From Promethearchaeota archaeon (lineage in GTDB: Archaea > Asgardarchaeota > Heimdallarchaeia > Hodarchaeales > Hodarchaeaceae), in NCBI GenBank assembly GCA_048938105.1, contig JBHLMN010000013.1, positions 64,001-128,000 of the forward strand: a stretch of DNA of 64,000 nt, read 5' to 3'. The notes under the pieces are model-generated. The model made no database searches. It was not told where the DNA came from and was given only the letters and a program-made list of their open reading frames with translations. The translations under genes were made by a program, and so were the position numbers. Positions within the stretch are counted from its first letter, which is position 1; each line of letters begins with the position of its first letter. Positions 1 to 10,947 of this stretch are shown here, in pieces.

Positions 1-263
1 GTGAGTTTCCCTTCCCTCACAAGACGACGATAATTCTTTCTTCTCTCCTTTTGAGCTTCATCAATGTTATAAGATATATTATGTTCCTTAAAAACAGTCT
101 CCCATATTACTTCAGATTTTTCACCAAGATATTTATTGGTCCAATCAATCCAAGAAATCTGGATATTAAATTGTTTTAAGAAATTATTGAAGGCAGCCCA
201 CTGAACTTCGTGAGAGTTAACAATTGTGCCATCTAGATCAAAGATAACTGCTTCTAGAACCAT
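1..263 (-). CDS. HAD-family hydrolase/phosphatase, N-terminal part (runs off the window start)
   Basis: Manual translation from ATG at 263 gives MVLEAVIFDLDGTIVNSHEVQWAAF, which contains HAD motif I (DxDGT). Not in the ORF track. Confidence 0.85.
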   Translation of the reverse strand, partial: MVLEAVIFDLDGTIVNSHEVQWAAFNNFLKQFNIQISWIDWTNKYLGEKSEVIWETVFKEHNISYNIDEAQKERRKNYRRLVREGKL

Positions 264-271
264 TTCAAGGA

Positions 272-1231
272 TCACGCCTTTTTAGAAAATTCAGACTTAT
301 TTTCTTTATCTCGATAAATAAACCTCGAATCACGATATTCAAGAATTCGTAACATCTGTTTAGAAATTAGCATGTTCAAATATGCTTCTGGATTTTCTAT
401 ATTGAATTGATGGATGATTTCGAGCGCTTGGTTGTATCTTAGAGGGTGCCTTTTGGTAATAGAGAAAATTGCTTCTATTGGCGTCTTAAAAAGACCTGGG
501 TCAAATATTCCTACTTCGTTTAAAGGTAAGATTTGTGTTGATTGAAGAATAAGCTTTCCTAAATTCAATGCCTTATTATCAGGAATTTCTACCCAGGATT
601 CTGTGGGTGGTCTTGAGGGTATGTTAATCTGGATTTGGTCTGGTTGAAATTTATCTAAAAATCCTTTAATCTCTTCTAGAAGATCATTGGAATCATTAAT
701 ACCCTTGAGAAGCATTACTTCAATCCATATTTCATTGTTAAACTCCTGTCTTAATTTTTTAAGTCCAGTCACTAAATTATTGAAACGAATCTCTTTATGA
801 GGTCGATTGATATATCTAAACAGTTTGGAGTTTCCTGCATCAAATGTGGGAATGATTAGATCAACTTTCCTCACTTCTTCCCTAATTACCTTTGAAGAAA
901 AAAGACTCCCATTAGTGATCACTGCAATAGGAAGACTTGTAAGTTCTTTAGTGCTTTCAATTAAGAAACCTAGATCCTTCGAAAGAGTTGGTTCTCCCTC
1001 CCCTACAAATGTGATGTAATCTATTTCTCCTTCCTGCTTAAGAGCTTCTGATATCTCATTTATTATGTTCTTAGGATTATAAAATCGCTTTCTATGGTTT
1101 GTGAAGTTTGTGGTTTTTCCTAATTGACAATAAATACAGCTGTAATTACAGGTTTTTTCAGGAATAGGTGATACGCCAAGAGATTGACCTAATCTTCTAG
1201 AGGGAACTGGTCCATATACATAACTAGCCAT
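272..1231 (-). CDS. Radical SAM protein (COG0731-like Fe-S oxidoreductase)
   Basis: CNYSCIYC (CxxxCxxC), N-terminal YGPVPSRRLG, GEGEPTL and ITNG motifs. Confidence 0.85.
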   Translation of the reverse strand: MASYVYGPVPSRRLGQSLGVSPIPEKTCNYSCIYCQLGKTTNFTNHRKRFYNPKNIINEISEALKQEGEIDYITFVGEGEPTLSKDLGFLIESTKELTSLPIAVITNGSLFSSKVIREEVRKVDLIIPTFDAGNSKLFRYINRPHKEIRFNNLVTGLKKLRQEFNNEIWIEVMLLKGINDSNDLLEEIKGFLDKFQPDQIQINIPSRPPTESWVEIPDNKALNLGKLILQSTQILPLNEVGIFDPGLFKTPIEAIFSITKRHPLRYNQALEIIHQFNIENPEAYLNMLISKQMLRILEYRDSRFIYRDKENKSEFSKKA

Positions 1232-1492
1232 TCATCTCTCTCCTGAAACTGTTTTAACATTAGAAATATAGCTCTGCCTTTTAGTTAAAAAAATTATCTT
1301 TCTTAAATGATTCTTCAAAATTTGGTGCATATTTTGTTCCTATTAGGCAATTTGTACTAGCCCTAACTTATGTTGTCATCTGTTTGTAATTTATGATAAA
1401 TGTTTTGCATAATTATTCATAATCTTTTAATTATAAATGAGATTTTTCTTACTATTTAAATATTATAACTGAATTAAATTGGTTATTACTTT

Positions 1493-2755
1493 TTAAGGGA
1501 AAATTCCTCTAAGCTGGATAGCCCTAGCAACTCTATGAACTGCTAAAGCCATTGCTGCTGTACGAAAGTCCTGTACGTTATATTTCTCTCTCATTTGATC
1601 GACCTCTGCAAATGCTCTGACCAGAATTTTCTGTAGAGCTTCATTAACCTGATTTTCATCCCAAAAAAAATATTGAAGACCTTGTACCCACTCGAAGTAA
1701 GAAACGGTTACTCCACCAGCATTGGCTAGGATATCTGGTACGATAATAATACCTTTCTCATTGAGAATAGAATCCGCTAGTGGAGTGGTGGGGCCATTAG
1801 CTCCCTCTACTATAAGTTTTGCTTCAATTTCATCAGCATTTTCCCTAGTAATTTGATTTTGTGTTGCACATGGAGCAAGAATATCAACATCTAATGTTAA
1901 TAATTCTTTATTGGTAATTATTTCAGCGTTTGGGTATCCTTTAACTGTTCGATTAGAATTTTTTGCAATATAATCTAATATTTCTGGAATATTTAGTCCT
2001 TCAGGATTATAGCAACCACTAAAAGCATCATTCACGGCAATAATCTTTGCGCCATTTTGATATGCAATTTGAGCAAAATTAGATCCAACATTTCCAAATC
2101 CTTGAATAGCAACGGTAGCATTTTTAGATCTTTGCTTTTGTTGTTTAAGAGCTTCTTCCATTACAATATGAACACCTCTACCAGTAGCCTCTAGTCTACC
2201 TAGACTTCCTCCAAGTTCCAATGGTTTTCCTGTGACTATACCTAATTCAGTTTGACCTTGAATCATACTATAGGTATCCATTATCCACCCCATTATTTCG
2301 GGTGTTGTATTAATATCAGGAGCGGGAATATCTTTATCTGGGCCAATCATATCAATAACTGAATAAGTAAATCGACGAGTAACACGTTTTAACTCATTCA
2401 CACTAAGTTTGTACGGATCAACAACTACTCCACCTTTAGCCCCTCCATATGGAATATTTACGATAGCAGTTTTGTACGTCATCCATGAAGCTAATGCCTT
2501 TACTTCATCTAGATTAACATCTGCTGCATAACGAATGCCACCTTTGCAGGGACCACGACTAGCATTATGCTGAACACGGTATCCCTCAAAAACTTCAATA
2601 CTTTCATCGTCCATTGTAACTGGAAAAGTTGTAATTAAAGTCTTTGCAGGGTTTTCAAGGATTTTCTGAATATTCTTATCAAGATCAATTTTTTCTGCAG
2701 TATTTCGCAATTGTGTCAATGCATTTTTCCAAGGATTTGATTCATTTTCTTTCAA
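1493..2755 (-). CDS. gdhA: Glutamate dehydrogenase (intact catalytic motifs)
   Basis: GPCKGGIR, MTYK, GGAKGG, PAPD, GKPLELGGS-GR-EATG, GFGNVG, EGANGP and GGVTVSYFEW; TTG start. Confidence 0.93.
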   Translation of the reverse strand: MKENESNPWKNALTQLRNTAEKIDLDKNIQKILENPAKTLITTFPVTMDDESIEVFEGYRVQHNASRGPCKGGIRYAADVNLDEVKALASWMTYKTAIVNIPYGGAKGGVVVDPYKLSVNELKRVTRRFTYSVIDMIGPDKDIPAPDINTTPEIMGWIMDTYSMIQGQTELGIVTGKPLELGGSLGRLEATGRGVHIVMEEALKQQKQRSKNATVAIQGFGNVGSNFAQIAYQNGAKIIAVNDAFSGCYNPEGLNIPEILDYIAKNSNRTVKGYPNAEIITNKELLTLDVDILAPCATQNQITRENADEIEAKLIVEGANGPTTPLADSILNEKGIIIVPDILANAGGVTVSYFEWVQGLQYFFWDENQVNEALQKILVRAFAEVDQMREKYNVQDFRTAAMALAVHRVARAIQLRGIFP

Positions 2756-2965
2756 TTCTAATCCTATTCCTTTTCTGATAATTTAAAGAGCTCTTATATT
2801 ATTAATTACATTCACATTTGTTTTAATTCAATATTATAGCTTGCTGTTTTCATCATGCAATGCGTGATATGATTTATTGAGATTTAGATTTATCACGCGA
2901 ACATCCTTTAATTTTGAGAAGGATAATATCTTTAATGGAGTATTTTCAAAATCTTTTTTTTGAAA

Positions 2966-3733
2966 CTAAGAGAATAATGCTTGTATTTGAGTTAAAATTG
3001 ACTCTACTGCTTTCGTCCACAGTGTATATTCATGATAAGATAATTTATATCTCCATCCTACAAGGTTTGATTCCTCCCATTTGTCTTGAACTGAGCATCC
3101 TAAGCATGGGGGAATACTATAAATTGAAAAAAGGGGATTCTCCCAATTTGGAGGCATTTTTGAAAACTTTTTCATTTTGATAAGGGCTTTTCTAAAATTC
3201 ATTATCTCAGAAACCTGAAGATACCATTCAGGGGTAATACAATCGTCTAGTGGACCTTCAAACCAATCTAATTCAAGTATTCTCGCTTTTTGGTTCACCC
3301 ATATTAATAAAACAGTTACATACTGCCCTTCTCTCCCATCAGAATTTTGCCCGGCGATATTTACCCCAAGAGCAATACAGGGAATTTCTTCGGGGATTAA
3401 TGCTCTTTCCCATTGTTGAATGATTGACTTCAGACATCCAGGATCTACATCTTTATCATTTTCATAATTAGGGAGAGGAACTATTCTCCGAGGAAGCCAT
3501 CCAAGAGTCTTATCAATATAATTTTGGGAAAAGTTTCTACGACCCGATATGCTGAATTTTTTAAGTGATTTTGGTACTTCAAGAAATATTGGATGAAAAT
3601 TGTTTACTGGAAATTCACCTGGGGTCGTACTTATTAAACTTAAATCACTTGGAACTGTTATAGAGTTAAAATCAATTAAATTTCTTAGATTACCCCAAAT
3701 AAGAGAAGTCTCAATAGCTGAAAGACTAAACAT
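2966..3733 (-). CDS. Hypothetical protein
   Basis: 255-aa ORF co-oriented with the cluster; no confident family. Confidence 0.6.
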   Translation of the reverse strand: MFSLSAIETSLIWGNLRNLIDFNSITVPSDLSLISTTPGEFPVNNFHPIFLEVPKSLKKFSISGRRNFSQNYIDKTLGWLPRRIVPLPNYENDKDVDPGCLKSIIQQWERALIPEEIPCIALGVNIAGQNSDGREGQYVTVLLIWVNQKARILELDWFEGPLDDCITPEWYLQVSEIMNFRKALIKMKKFSKMPPNWENPLFSIYSIPPCLGCSVQDKWEESNLVGWRYKLSYHEYTLWTKAVESILTQIQALFS

Positions 3734-3975
3734 AAAATTCGCCTTTATATTTTTATGAATAATTTTTTAGGAAATTGGAAGCTTAACCTCACGTTGTTTG
3801 ATTATTTAGTCAAATGTCTTAATTCCACATGTTTATGTCTATTTAATTAAATGTTAGAACGTTGAGGCCTATTGTTCTTCGTTTTTTGATTATTTTTTCA
3901 CTCAAGGACCTTCTTCTTGAAATATTTTTTCGAATGGTCTCAATAGACACCCTGTTTGTTGTTTCAATTGGAATA

Positions 3976-5517
3976 CTAATGATATTCCTCCCATGTCCGA
4001 GGATAGGGATGATCTAATCCTGCAAGCTTGACACCTGTAATTGCCGCAGCATTAGTAGTTAAAGCCCTCAAATCTTCTCTTGAAAGATCTTTGATACTTT
4101 TATGCCCGGAAAGCATGGTAAATATTTTAATCTCATCTGTCATTGCCTTTAGGAAATTAGCTAGACGTTGTCCTGTTTTCTCAGGATCCAAACGAGCCCG
4201 AAGCTCAGGTTTGTTTGTCGTGATACCATACGGACAGATACCCTGATGACATGCCATACAAGCTCTACATCCCATGGCAATTTCTGCGGCTGTACCAATA
4301 CCAACAGCGTCAGCACCAAGCGCTAATGCTTTGAAAGCATCGACACCGCTGCGGATACCACCTAATGCAATAAGTTTGACTTTTCGATAGAGTCCCATAT
4401 CTTTTAGAGCCTGAACTGCAGGAGGAATACATGCAATAGTAGGAATTCCAGCATGTTGTGTTACAGACTCCGGAGATGCACCAGTTCCACCAACCATTCC
4501 GTCAATAGATATAGCGTCGACTCCTAGTTCTGCAGCTATCTTTACATCCTGATAGGGCCGACTAGGACCTAATTTTATCATAATCGGTACTTTATAATCA
4601 GTAATGTCTTTGATGATCTCTATTTGCTTTTTAAGATCTTCTGGGCCTATTGCATCATAATATCTTGGGGGAGAAAGGGCATCTGTACCAATAGGAATCC
4701 CCCTCACTCTAGCAACTTCTTCTACAACCTTTTTCCCAAGAAGGTGCCCACCCATTCCAGGTTTAGCACCTTGACCGATTTTAACTTCGATAGCATCTGC
4801 ATTATGTAAAAAATCAAGATTAACTCCCCAACGTCCAGTTGACCACTGTACAGTCAAATATCCACCGTTACATAAATGAGGATTACTTTTCCCAGAAGTT
4901 CTAAGTTCTTCAAGTGTATTAAATCCGTGGACAAGAGGATATTCTTCATGAATAGCTCCACCTTCACCTGTATTAGCAATAGTTCCCATTTTATAAGCTG
5001 CTATCGCTAAAGACATCTTTGCTTCTTTTGACAAAGCACCAAAGGACATTGCACCAAAAACTATAGGGATTTTTAATTTAATGGGATGTTTTACTGTCTC
5101 TTCACCAATTATTACACTGACATCACAATCCTCACGATATTTATCAAGAGGAGGTGGAGAGGCTAATTGAGAGGGAATAATAACAAGATCATCAAAGTGT
5201 GGGATAATTCGAGCAGTTCCAAAACCCCTTAACAGATATTTACCAGTCTGGGCCTGGTGATGAATATGTTCAATTGTTTGAAAAGTCCACAGAGATCGTG
5301 AGAAATATTCCGGCTCAGCAGGTTTAATGTGAGTTGCATTATTTGGACAAAACTCCATGCAGATCCTGCAACCAACACACGCCATATCATTAACTATTTG
5401 AACCCTATTATCATCATCTTTTTCATATACTTTATGTGGACATACTTCTACACAAGTACCACAATGAGTACATCTCTCATAATCGATATTTACGCAATAT
5501 GCTCCAAGAATTGGCAA
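3976..5517 (-). CDS. gltB2: Archaeal split glutamate synthase FMN subunit (GltB2) with N-terminal 2x[4Fe-4S] ferredoxin
   Basis: Two CxxCxxCxxxCP motifs; AMSFGALS, NTGEGG, EVKIGQGAKPGMGG and GGTGAS; [3Fe-4S] motif CRACMACHQGICP. Confidence 0.9.
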   Translation of the reverse strand: MPILGAYCVNIDYERCTHCGTCVEVCPHKVYEKDDDNRVQIVNDMACVGCRICMEFCPNNATHIKPAEPEYFSRSLWTFQTIEHIHHQAQTGKYLLRGFGTARIIPHFDDLVIIPSQLASPPPLDKYREDCDVSVIIGEETVKHPIKLKIPIVFGAMSFGALSKEAKMSLAIAAYKMGTIANTGEGGAIHEEYPLVHGFNTLEELRTSGKSNPHLCNGGYLTVQWSTGRWGVNLDFLHNADAIEVKIGQGAKPGMGGHLLGKKVVEEVARVRGIPIGTDALSPPRYYDAIGPEDLKKQIEIIKDITDYKVPIMIKLGPSRPYQDVKIAAELGVDAISIDGMVGGTGASPESVTQHAGIPTIACIPPAVQALKDMGLYRKVKLIALGGIRSGVDAFKALALGADAVGIGTAAEIAMGCRACMACHQGICPYGITTNKPELRARLDPEKTGQRLANFLKAMTDEIKIFTMLSGHKSIKDLSREDLRALTTNAAAITGVKLAGLDHPYPRTWEEYH

Positions 5518-5538
5518 GATATCTTACCCTCGTTTTTT

Positions 5539-6225
5539 TTAGCTCTTTTCGGAATAAAATGGTTTATCTGTTTCTGCAATGATTTTTGTAAATTCTTCTG
5601 GTTTTGCATCGACTTTATAGGTAGAGAAGAATTGCTGAAGAAAATCCATATCATCAGATGAAAGATCTTCGATCTTAGTATTGTTTCCAAGGCTTTTCCA
5701 AGAACCTCTGGTGAAAATTCGACCTGAAATCAGAAAATTACCTACTCTTTCACCAGCGTTTCCTAATAAAATGATATTCCCCGCAAGCATATAGGTTCCA
5801 AGATCATTTCCTACGTCTTTTTCTACAAAAATTGAAGCACCTTTATTCATTGTCCCTAGAAAATCTCCACAAGTTCCCATAATGACTACTTTTCCTCCAT
5901 AGCAATAAGGGGCTGCACAATAACCAGCATTACCTTTGACAATAATTTCTCCATCAATCATGTTATCTCCAATGTATTTCCCAACACTTCCTTCAATGAT
6001 TAATTTAGCTCCCGAATTCAGCATACCAACGTAATCACCTACAGAAGTCTTAATAATAACTGTACCTTCTCTTAATCCCGAAGCAATACCATTTAATAGA
6101 TCACAATTAGTAACAGTTACTGTACCATTCTCCTTAAGTATACTCTTTATTTCTTGATTGATATTTTTTAATTTTAATCCTATTAAATCGGTTGGACTAA
6201 CAGCTACTACATCCATTACATTCAC
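5539..6225 (-). CDS. gltB3: Glutamate synthase GXGXG beta-helix subunit (GltB3/FwdC-like)
   Basis: Repeated G-x-x-G-x-x-x-G-x-x-M-x-x-G units; adjacent to gltB2. Confidence 0.85.
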   Translation of the reverse strand: MNVMDVVAVSPTDLIGLKLKNINQEIKSILKENGTVTVTNCDLLNGIASGLREGTVIIKTSVGDYVGMLNSGAKLIIEGSVGKYIGDNMIDGEIIVKGNAGYCAAPYCYGGKVVIMGTCGDFLGTMNKGASIFVEKDVGNDLGTYMLAGNIILLGNAGERVGNFLISGRIFTRGSWKSLGNNTKIEDLSSDDMDFLQQFFSTYKVDAKPEEFTKIIAETDKPFYSEKS

Positions 6226-7378
6226 CTCGTATTTTTATTGTTCCCTCCTTCTTTTTTTGGTTAAATAAACCCATAAACCGACTTTTAGTTTCCTCAAGTC
6301 TATTTTCATCAGTGAGTGATTCGAGTGAATAGATTAACAGTGAATCAAAGGCTTGCGTCCGTTTTCTACGTTGCTTTTCAGAACAGGCAGCTGAAATTGC
6401 TACAAAATCGGCTTCCTCAGTACTTTCAATCAATCCCAAATTTAAGCAATTATTTAGGAAGCTGCGTCCCCTTGCATTCCAAGCAATTAAACTTGCAAAT
6501 CCTGCTTGGGAACCAGTCTGACCAATTGAAATATCAGCCATATTAGCAACGTAATCTGTACACCGTGCACAACCTTTTCTTAGATACTTTTGTTCTTCCT
6601 CTAGTGGGAATTTTTCATTTTTTCCTGTGTTAAGCTTGATTTCAAGGTATTCACCTTTAGTTGAACTGATGATACTTATAATTTCAGCAGGCGATACACC
6701 CAGATGGTTTGATAAATCTTCAAGAAGAGCAGTTTCATAATATCCTGAGCAGAATAACCCAATCACAATACCAATAGACTTTCGTAGAATCGATAAACCT
6801 TCTATTTCTGATTCAGTAACTCTTCTGATGGCCTGAGCGACACACGGAGGTCCAACAATAGCAATTTGATGAAAGTCATTTTTTAAAACCTCGTGATATA
6901 AGTTTGATAAAATAGGATTCCACAATTTCTGATTACCAGAAACCTCGTAAAGTTCTTCAATTGATCTAACAACTTTTGAATATGGTTTTCCATCCCATCT
7001 ATTCACATCCATAATTAGAGCAGCATCAATAAACCCACTCATTAAACCTGCTGAAAGGAGATCAATAATGATTTCATTTATGTGGTTACCTGTGATATTA
7101 CGTGTTGTTTTTACTGATATAACATCATATATTTTTCTTTCTTCCCACTCCTTTAGACGAGGACAACTTTCCACACACATACCCTCGCAAAATGAACAAG
7201 TATCAATGTCAACAACCGACAAACCAACAGTTTTTATCTTGGGAATAAAAACAGGATGTTGCATTTCTGGTTTAAACTCTAATCGTCCACGGGAGCAAGC
7301 AGCGACACACATGCCACAACCAGCACATCGATCAACATTCCAAACTTCATTTTCTAATTTCAGTTGTTTAGACAACAT
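6197..7378 (-). CDS. Coenzyme F420 hydrogenase/dehydrogenase beta subunit (FrhB/FdhB family) with N-terminal ferredoxin
   Basis: CAGCGMCVAAC, VGPPC, IGLFC, GCARCTD and ADISIG motifs. Confidence 0.85.
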   Translation of the reverse strand: MLSKQLKLENEVWNVDRCAGCGMCVAACSRGRLEFKPEMQHPVFIPKIKTVGLSVVDIDTCSFCEGMCVESCPRLKEWEERKIYDVISVKTTRNITGNHINEIIIDLLSAGLMSGFIDAALIMDVNRWDGKPYSKVVRSIEELYEVSGNQKLWNPILSNLYHEVLKNDFHQIAIVGPPCVAQAIRRVTESEIEGLSILRKSIGIVIGLFCSGYYETALLEDLSNHLGVSPAEIISIISSTKGEYLEIKLNTGKNEKFPLEEEQKYLRKGCARCTDYVANMADISIGQTGSQAGFASLIAWNARGRSFLNNCLNLGLIESTEEADFVAISAACSEKQRRKRTQAFDSLLIYSLESLTDENRLEETKSRFMGLFNQKKKEGTIKIRGECNGCSSC

Positions 7379-10300
7379 GAATTTTACCTCTCACACGTCT
7401 TGTTTCTACATATAAGGATTCAAGAGGGCCTAGAGATTTGATTAATTCTGTAAATTCTGTTATTAGTTGAGCAAAACGATTTCCTTCACTAGCTGATATC
7501 CATTCAAGAGTCAGACGCCGCGAATCAATTCCTATTGAAGAGAGAGCTTTCTTCATTTTCTCAATGCGATCTTTTGCGTATAAATTACCTGAGATATAGT
7601 GACAATCCCCAGGGTGACAACCACTGACAAAAACACCATCAGCACCTTCCAGAAAAGCCCATAATAAGAAGAAGGGATCTATTCGTCCACTACACAATAC
7701 TCTGATAATGCGAATGTTGGAAGGGTATTGAAAACGTGAAATTCCAGCAAGGTCAGCTCCAGCATAAGAACACCAATTACAACAAAAACCGACAATTTTG
7801 GGTTCATCATTAGGAAAGGATCCATGGAGGGCTTCAGAAATTTGGTTTAAAATCTGGAGATCAGTGAAACCTTGCATTGTTATTGCTTTTGCAGGACAAG
7901 AAACGGCGCACACTCCACATCCTTTACAAATGGCTTCATTTACATGAGAAATCAGATCTATTGGATGAAAGCTTATTGCACCATATGGACATACGCTACC
8001 ACAGGTACCACATCCTACACAAAGTGCTGGATCAACTGTAGCAATATTAGTTTCTGCAACAATTTGCCCTAATCGCATAGGAATTGAAGCACGAGCAGCA
8101 GCTCCAGAAGCTTGACTGATTGTATCACTCACATTCTTCGGTGAATGGGCAATCCCACAAACATAAATCCCATCAGTGGCAAAGTCTAGTGGACGGAGTT
8201 TTACATGAGCTTCTTGAAAGAATCCATCTGTTCCCAAGGGAACTTTGAATAATTGGCTTAATTCCTTAGCACCAGATGAATTCACAAGTGGAGTAGCTAA
8301 TAATATTAAATCAGCTGAATAAGAATAATCTTCTCCTGTAAATATGTTATGGAATGATATAGTGATTCCAGTTTCACTAATATTCACATTGGGTTTGTTT
8401 TCCTCATTATAGCGAATGAAATATACTTGTTGAAGTTTACGTACCTCACTATAATATTCTTCAGCACTTTTTTCTACTAATCGAATATCTTGATGTAAAA
8501 TACGAATGTGAGCATTAGGATATCTTTTACTTAATTTTTTCACAGTTTTTAAAATAGCTGCGCATCCAATTCTGCAACAATACGTACGGTTGCTTCCTGC
8601 TTTCTCTTTCGATCCCACGCAGCTAATTAGAAATATATTGACAACATCTTTCGGTAATTTCTTCTTCTTAAGTGCTTGTTCAAATTCTAGTAAAGTCATT
8701 ATGCTTTTGTGGCGAGAATAGCCATAATATCCTACTGGTTTGAATTCTTCACCACCAGTTGCAATAATAACGGTTCCAACCTTGATTTTTTTGCTATCAT
8801 CACCTGAGAGGGTAATTTCAAAATTACCGACATATCCCCCAACATTTTCAACAGTTGTACTAAGATATACATGAATTTTTGGATTATTGGATATATTATT
8901 AATCTTTTCTTTCAGAATATCTCCAGTGAATTGATCTGTAGGAAATAATGTCGTCATTGTACGTAAAAGGCCTCCCAAGTACTTCTCCTTTTCCACTAAA
9001 TGAACATCAAACCCCATATTTGCAAGATCGTCAGCAGCAGTTAGTCCTGCAATTCCTCCACCGATAATTAGTGTTTCTGGAATCACTTTGAGTTGTTTTC
9101 TTACAGATGGTTCCAATAAACGGGCTTTTGCCACTGCCATAGCTGTAAGATCTTTAGCTTTATCTGTAGCATTTTCCCACTCGTGTGAATGAACCCAGGA
9201 ACATTGATCGCGGATATTTGCCATCTCAAAGAGAGATTCATTCAATCCTGCTTCTTTGCAGGTTGTTCGAAATAGGGATTCATGCGTTCTCGGAGAACAT
9301 GATGCAACAACAATTCGGTTTAGATTATAATCCTGAATAGCCTTTTTTATCAGAGTTTGAGTAGCTTCTGAACAGGTAAAAAGGTTATTTGTGGCGAATT
9401 CAACTTTGGGCAGTCTTTGTGCAAATTTGGTAACACTCTCCACATCAAGATAACCACCAATATTGTGACCACAGTGACACACAAAAACTCCAATTCGAGG
9501 TTCCTGATCAATTATATCTTGTAATTTGTTAGATATATCTTCAGCTACTTCTTTATAAACTTTAAATTTATTTTTATTTATTACAGCCAAAGCCTTCGCA
9601 GCAGCTCCACTTGCCTGAGAAACCGAATCTGGAATGTCTCTTGGACCCGCACTACAACCACAAAGATAGATGCCATCAACTGTGGTTTCTAATGGTGCGG
9701 AGACGGGATCTTTTTCCCTAAAGAAGCCATATTCATCAAGTTCTACTCCTAGAATTTCCGATAATTTCTTATTGCCTGTTGGGGCTTTAATGGCTGAGGA
9801 TAAAACCACTAAATCCGCCTCTAACTCCGCAGCCTTCCTTGAGATAATGTCTTCATAGAATATGATTAAATTATTATTATTTGTTTCATTGATTTCTGCT
9901 GGACGACTTCTTATGAAGTTGATCCCAATTTCATGTTTTCCTCGCTGATAGTATTCCTCAAATCCTTTTCCATATGCTCGCAAATCCATATAGAAGATAT
10001 AGGGTGTTATTTCAGGATGATGCTCTTTAGCAATCATTGCTTGTTTTGTTGCCCACATACAGCATACACGAGAACAATACGGTTGATTTATTGTAATATC
10101 GCGAGAACCTACACATTGAATCCATGCAATGGTTCTAGGGATTTTCTTATCTGAAAGGCGGCGAACTTGACTCTCTGTCGGTCCTGAGGCTGATAATAAG
10201 CGTTCAAATTGCATTCCTGTTAAAATATTAGGATAAATACCATATCCTAAATTATATTTCACAGTTGGGTCAAATTCTTCAAAACCTGTGGCTAATATAA

Positions 10301-10892
10301 TTGCAGATACAATAATTTCAAGCATTTCAGGCTTCTGATCACGATTGATAGCTCCAGGAGCACAAACTTTCTCGCATTTACCACAATTTTTGCAAAGATC
10401 TTTATCAATCGTTGCAACATTAGGTACAGCTTGAGCAAAATATCTATAGATAGCTCTACGGGTACCTAAATTATGATCAAATTCATTAGGAACTTTTACT
10501 GGACATACCTCAAAACAAGCTCCACATCCTGTACACTTTTCAGTATCAACATAACGAGGGTGCTTTTTTATAGTAACTTCAAAGTATCCTTTAGATCCAT
10601 TAACTTTTTCGATTGTAGAATATGTTATAAGTTCAATGTTTTGATTACGAACAACTTCGACCATTTTGGGAGCTTCAATGCATATCGCACAATCATTGGT
10701 AGGGAGAGTTTTATCAAGTTTTGCCATCGCTCCTCCAATTGACGGTGCATGGTCTACTAGGTAGACTTGGATCATCTGATTAGCAATATCGAGTGCTGCC
10801 TGCATACCAGCTATCCCCCCTCCAATAACTAGAACCCCGTTAACCGTCTCTATTTTCTCTAAGCTTGAGACAGAATTTAATTTCTCTTGCAT
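7368..10892 (-). CDS. hdrA: Heterodisulfide reductase A-like flavoprotein: two HdrA modules, ferredoxins and a C-terminal MvhD
   Basis: Two GGGIAG FAD motifs; QCVGSR..YCSRVCC; GVFVCHCG, SCSPRTHE and NIRDQCSW; C-terminal MvhD motifs FCCNWCSY, RVLCSGR and GCHPGDCHY. Confidence 0.9.
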   Translation of the reverse strand: MQEKLNSVSSLEKIETVNGVLVIGGGIAGMQAALDIANQMIQVYLVDHAPSIGGAMAKLDKTLPTNDCAICIEAPKMVEVVRNQNIELITYSTIEKVNGSKGYFEVTIKKHPRYVDTEKCTGCGACFEVCPVKVPNEFDHNLGTRRAIYRYFAQAVPNVATIDKDLCKNCGKCEKVCAPGAINRDQKPEMLEIIVSAIILATGFEEFDPTVKYNLGYGIYPNILTGMQFERLLSASGPTESQVRRLSDKKIPRTIAWIQCVGSRDITINQPYCSRVCCMWATKQAMIAKEHHPEITPYIFYMDLRAYGKGFEEYYQRGKHEIGINFIRSRPAEINETNNNNLIIFYEDIISRKAAELEADLVVLSSAIKAPTGNKKLSEILGVELDEYGFFREKDPVSAPLETTVDGIYLCGCSAGPRDIPDSVSQASGAAAKALAVINKNKFKVYKEVAEDISNKLQDIIDQEPRIGVFVCHCGHNIGGYLDVESVTKFAQRLPKVEFATNNLFTCSEATQTLIKKAIQDYNLNRIVVASCSPRTHESLFRTTCKEAGLNESLFEMANIRDQCSWVHSHEWENATDKAKDLTAMAVAKARLLEPSVRKQLKVIPETLIIGGGIAGLTAADDLANMGFDVHLVEKEKYLGGLLRTMTTLFPTDQFTGDILKEKINNISNNPKIHVYLSTTVENVGGYVGNFEITLSGDDSKKIKVGTVIIATGGEEFKPVGYYGYSRHKSIMTLLEFEQALKKKKLPKDVVNIFLISCVGSKEKAGSNRTYCCRIGCAAILKTVKKLSKRYPNAHIRILHQDIRLVEKSAEEYYSEVRKLQQVYFIRYNEENKPNVNISETGITISFHNIFTGEDYSYSADLILLATPLVNSSGAKELSQLFKVPLGTDGFFQEAHVKLRPLDFATDGIYVCGIAHSPKNVSDTISQASGAAARASIPMRLGQIVAETNIATVDPALCVGCGTCGSVCPYGAISFHPIDLISHVNEAICKGCGVCAVSCPAKAITMQGFTDLQILNQISEALHGSFPNDEPKIVGFCCNWCSYAGADLAGISRFQYPSNIRIIRVLCSGRIDPFFLLWAFLEGADGVFVSGCHPGDCHYISGNLYAKDRIEKMKKALSSIGIDSRRLTLEWISASEGNRFAQLITEFTELIKSLGPLESLYVETRRVRGKIHVV

Positions 10893-10947
10893 TTTAATAC
10901 ATCAACTTGAAAAATGCATAGTAATACTCATAGATAAATTTAATTGG

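Noticed and set aside
7368-10892. Selenocysteine recoding in HdrA/MvhD
   Set aside because: The ORF is continuous with Cys in the relevant motifs and has no in-frame TGA
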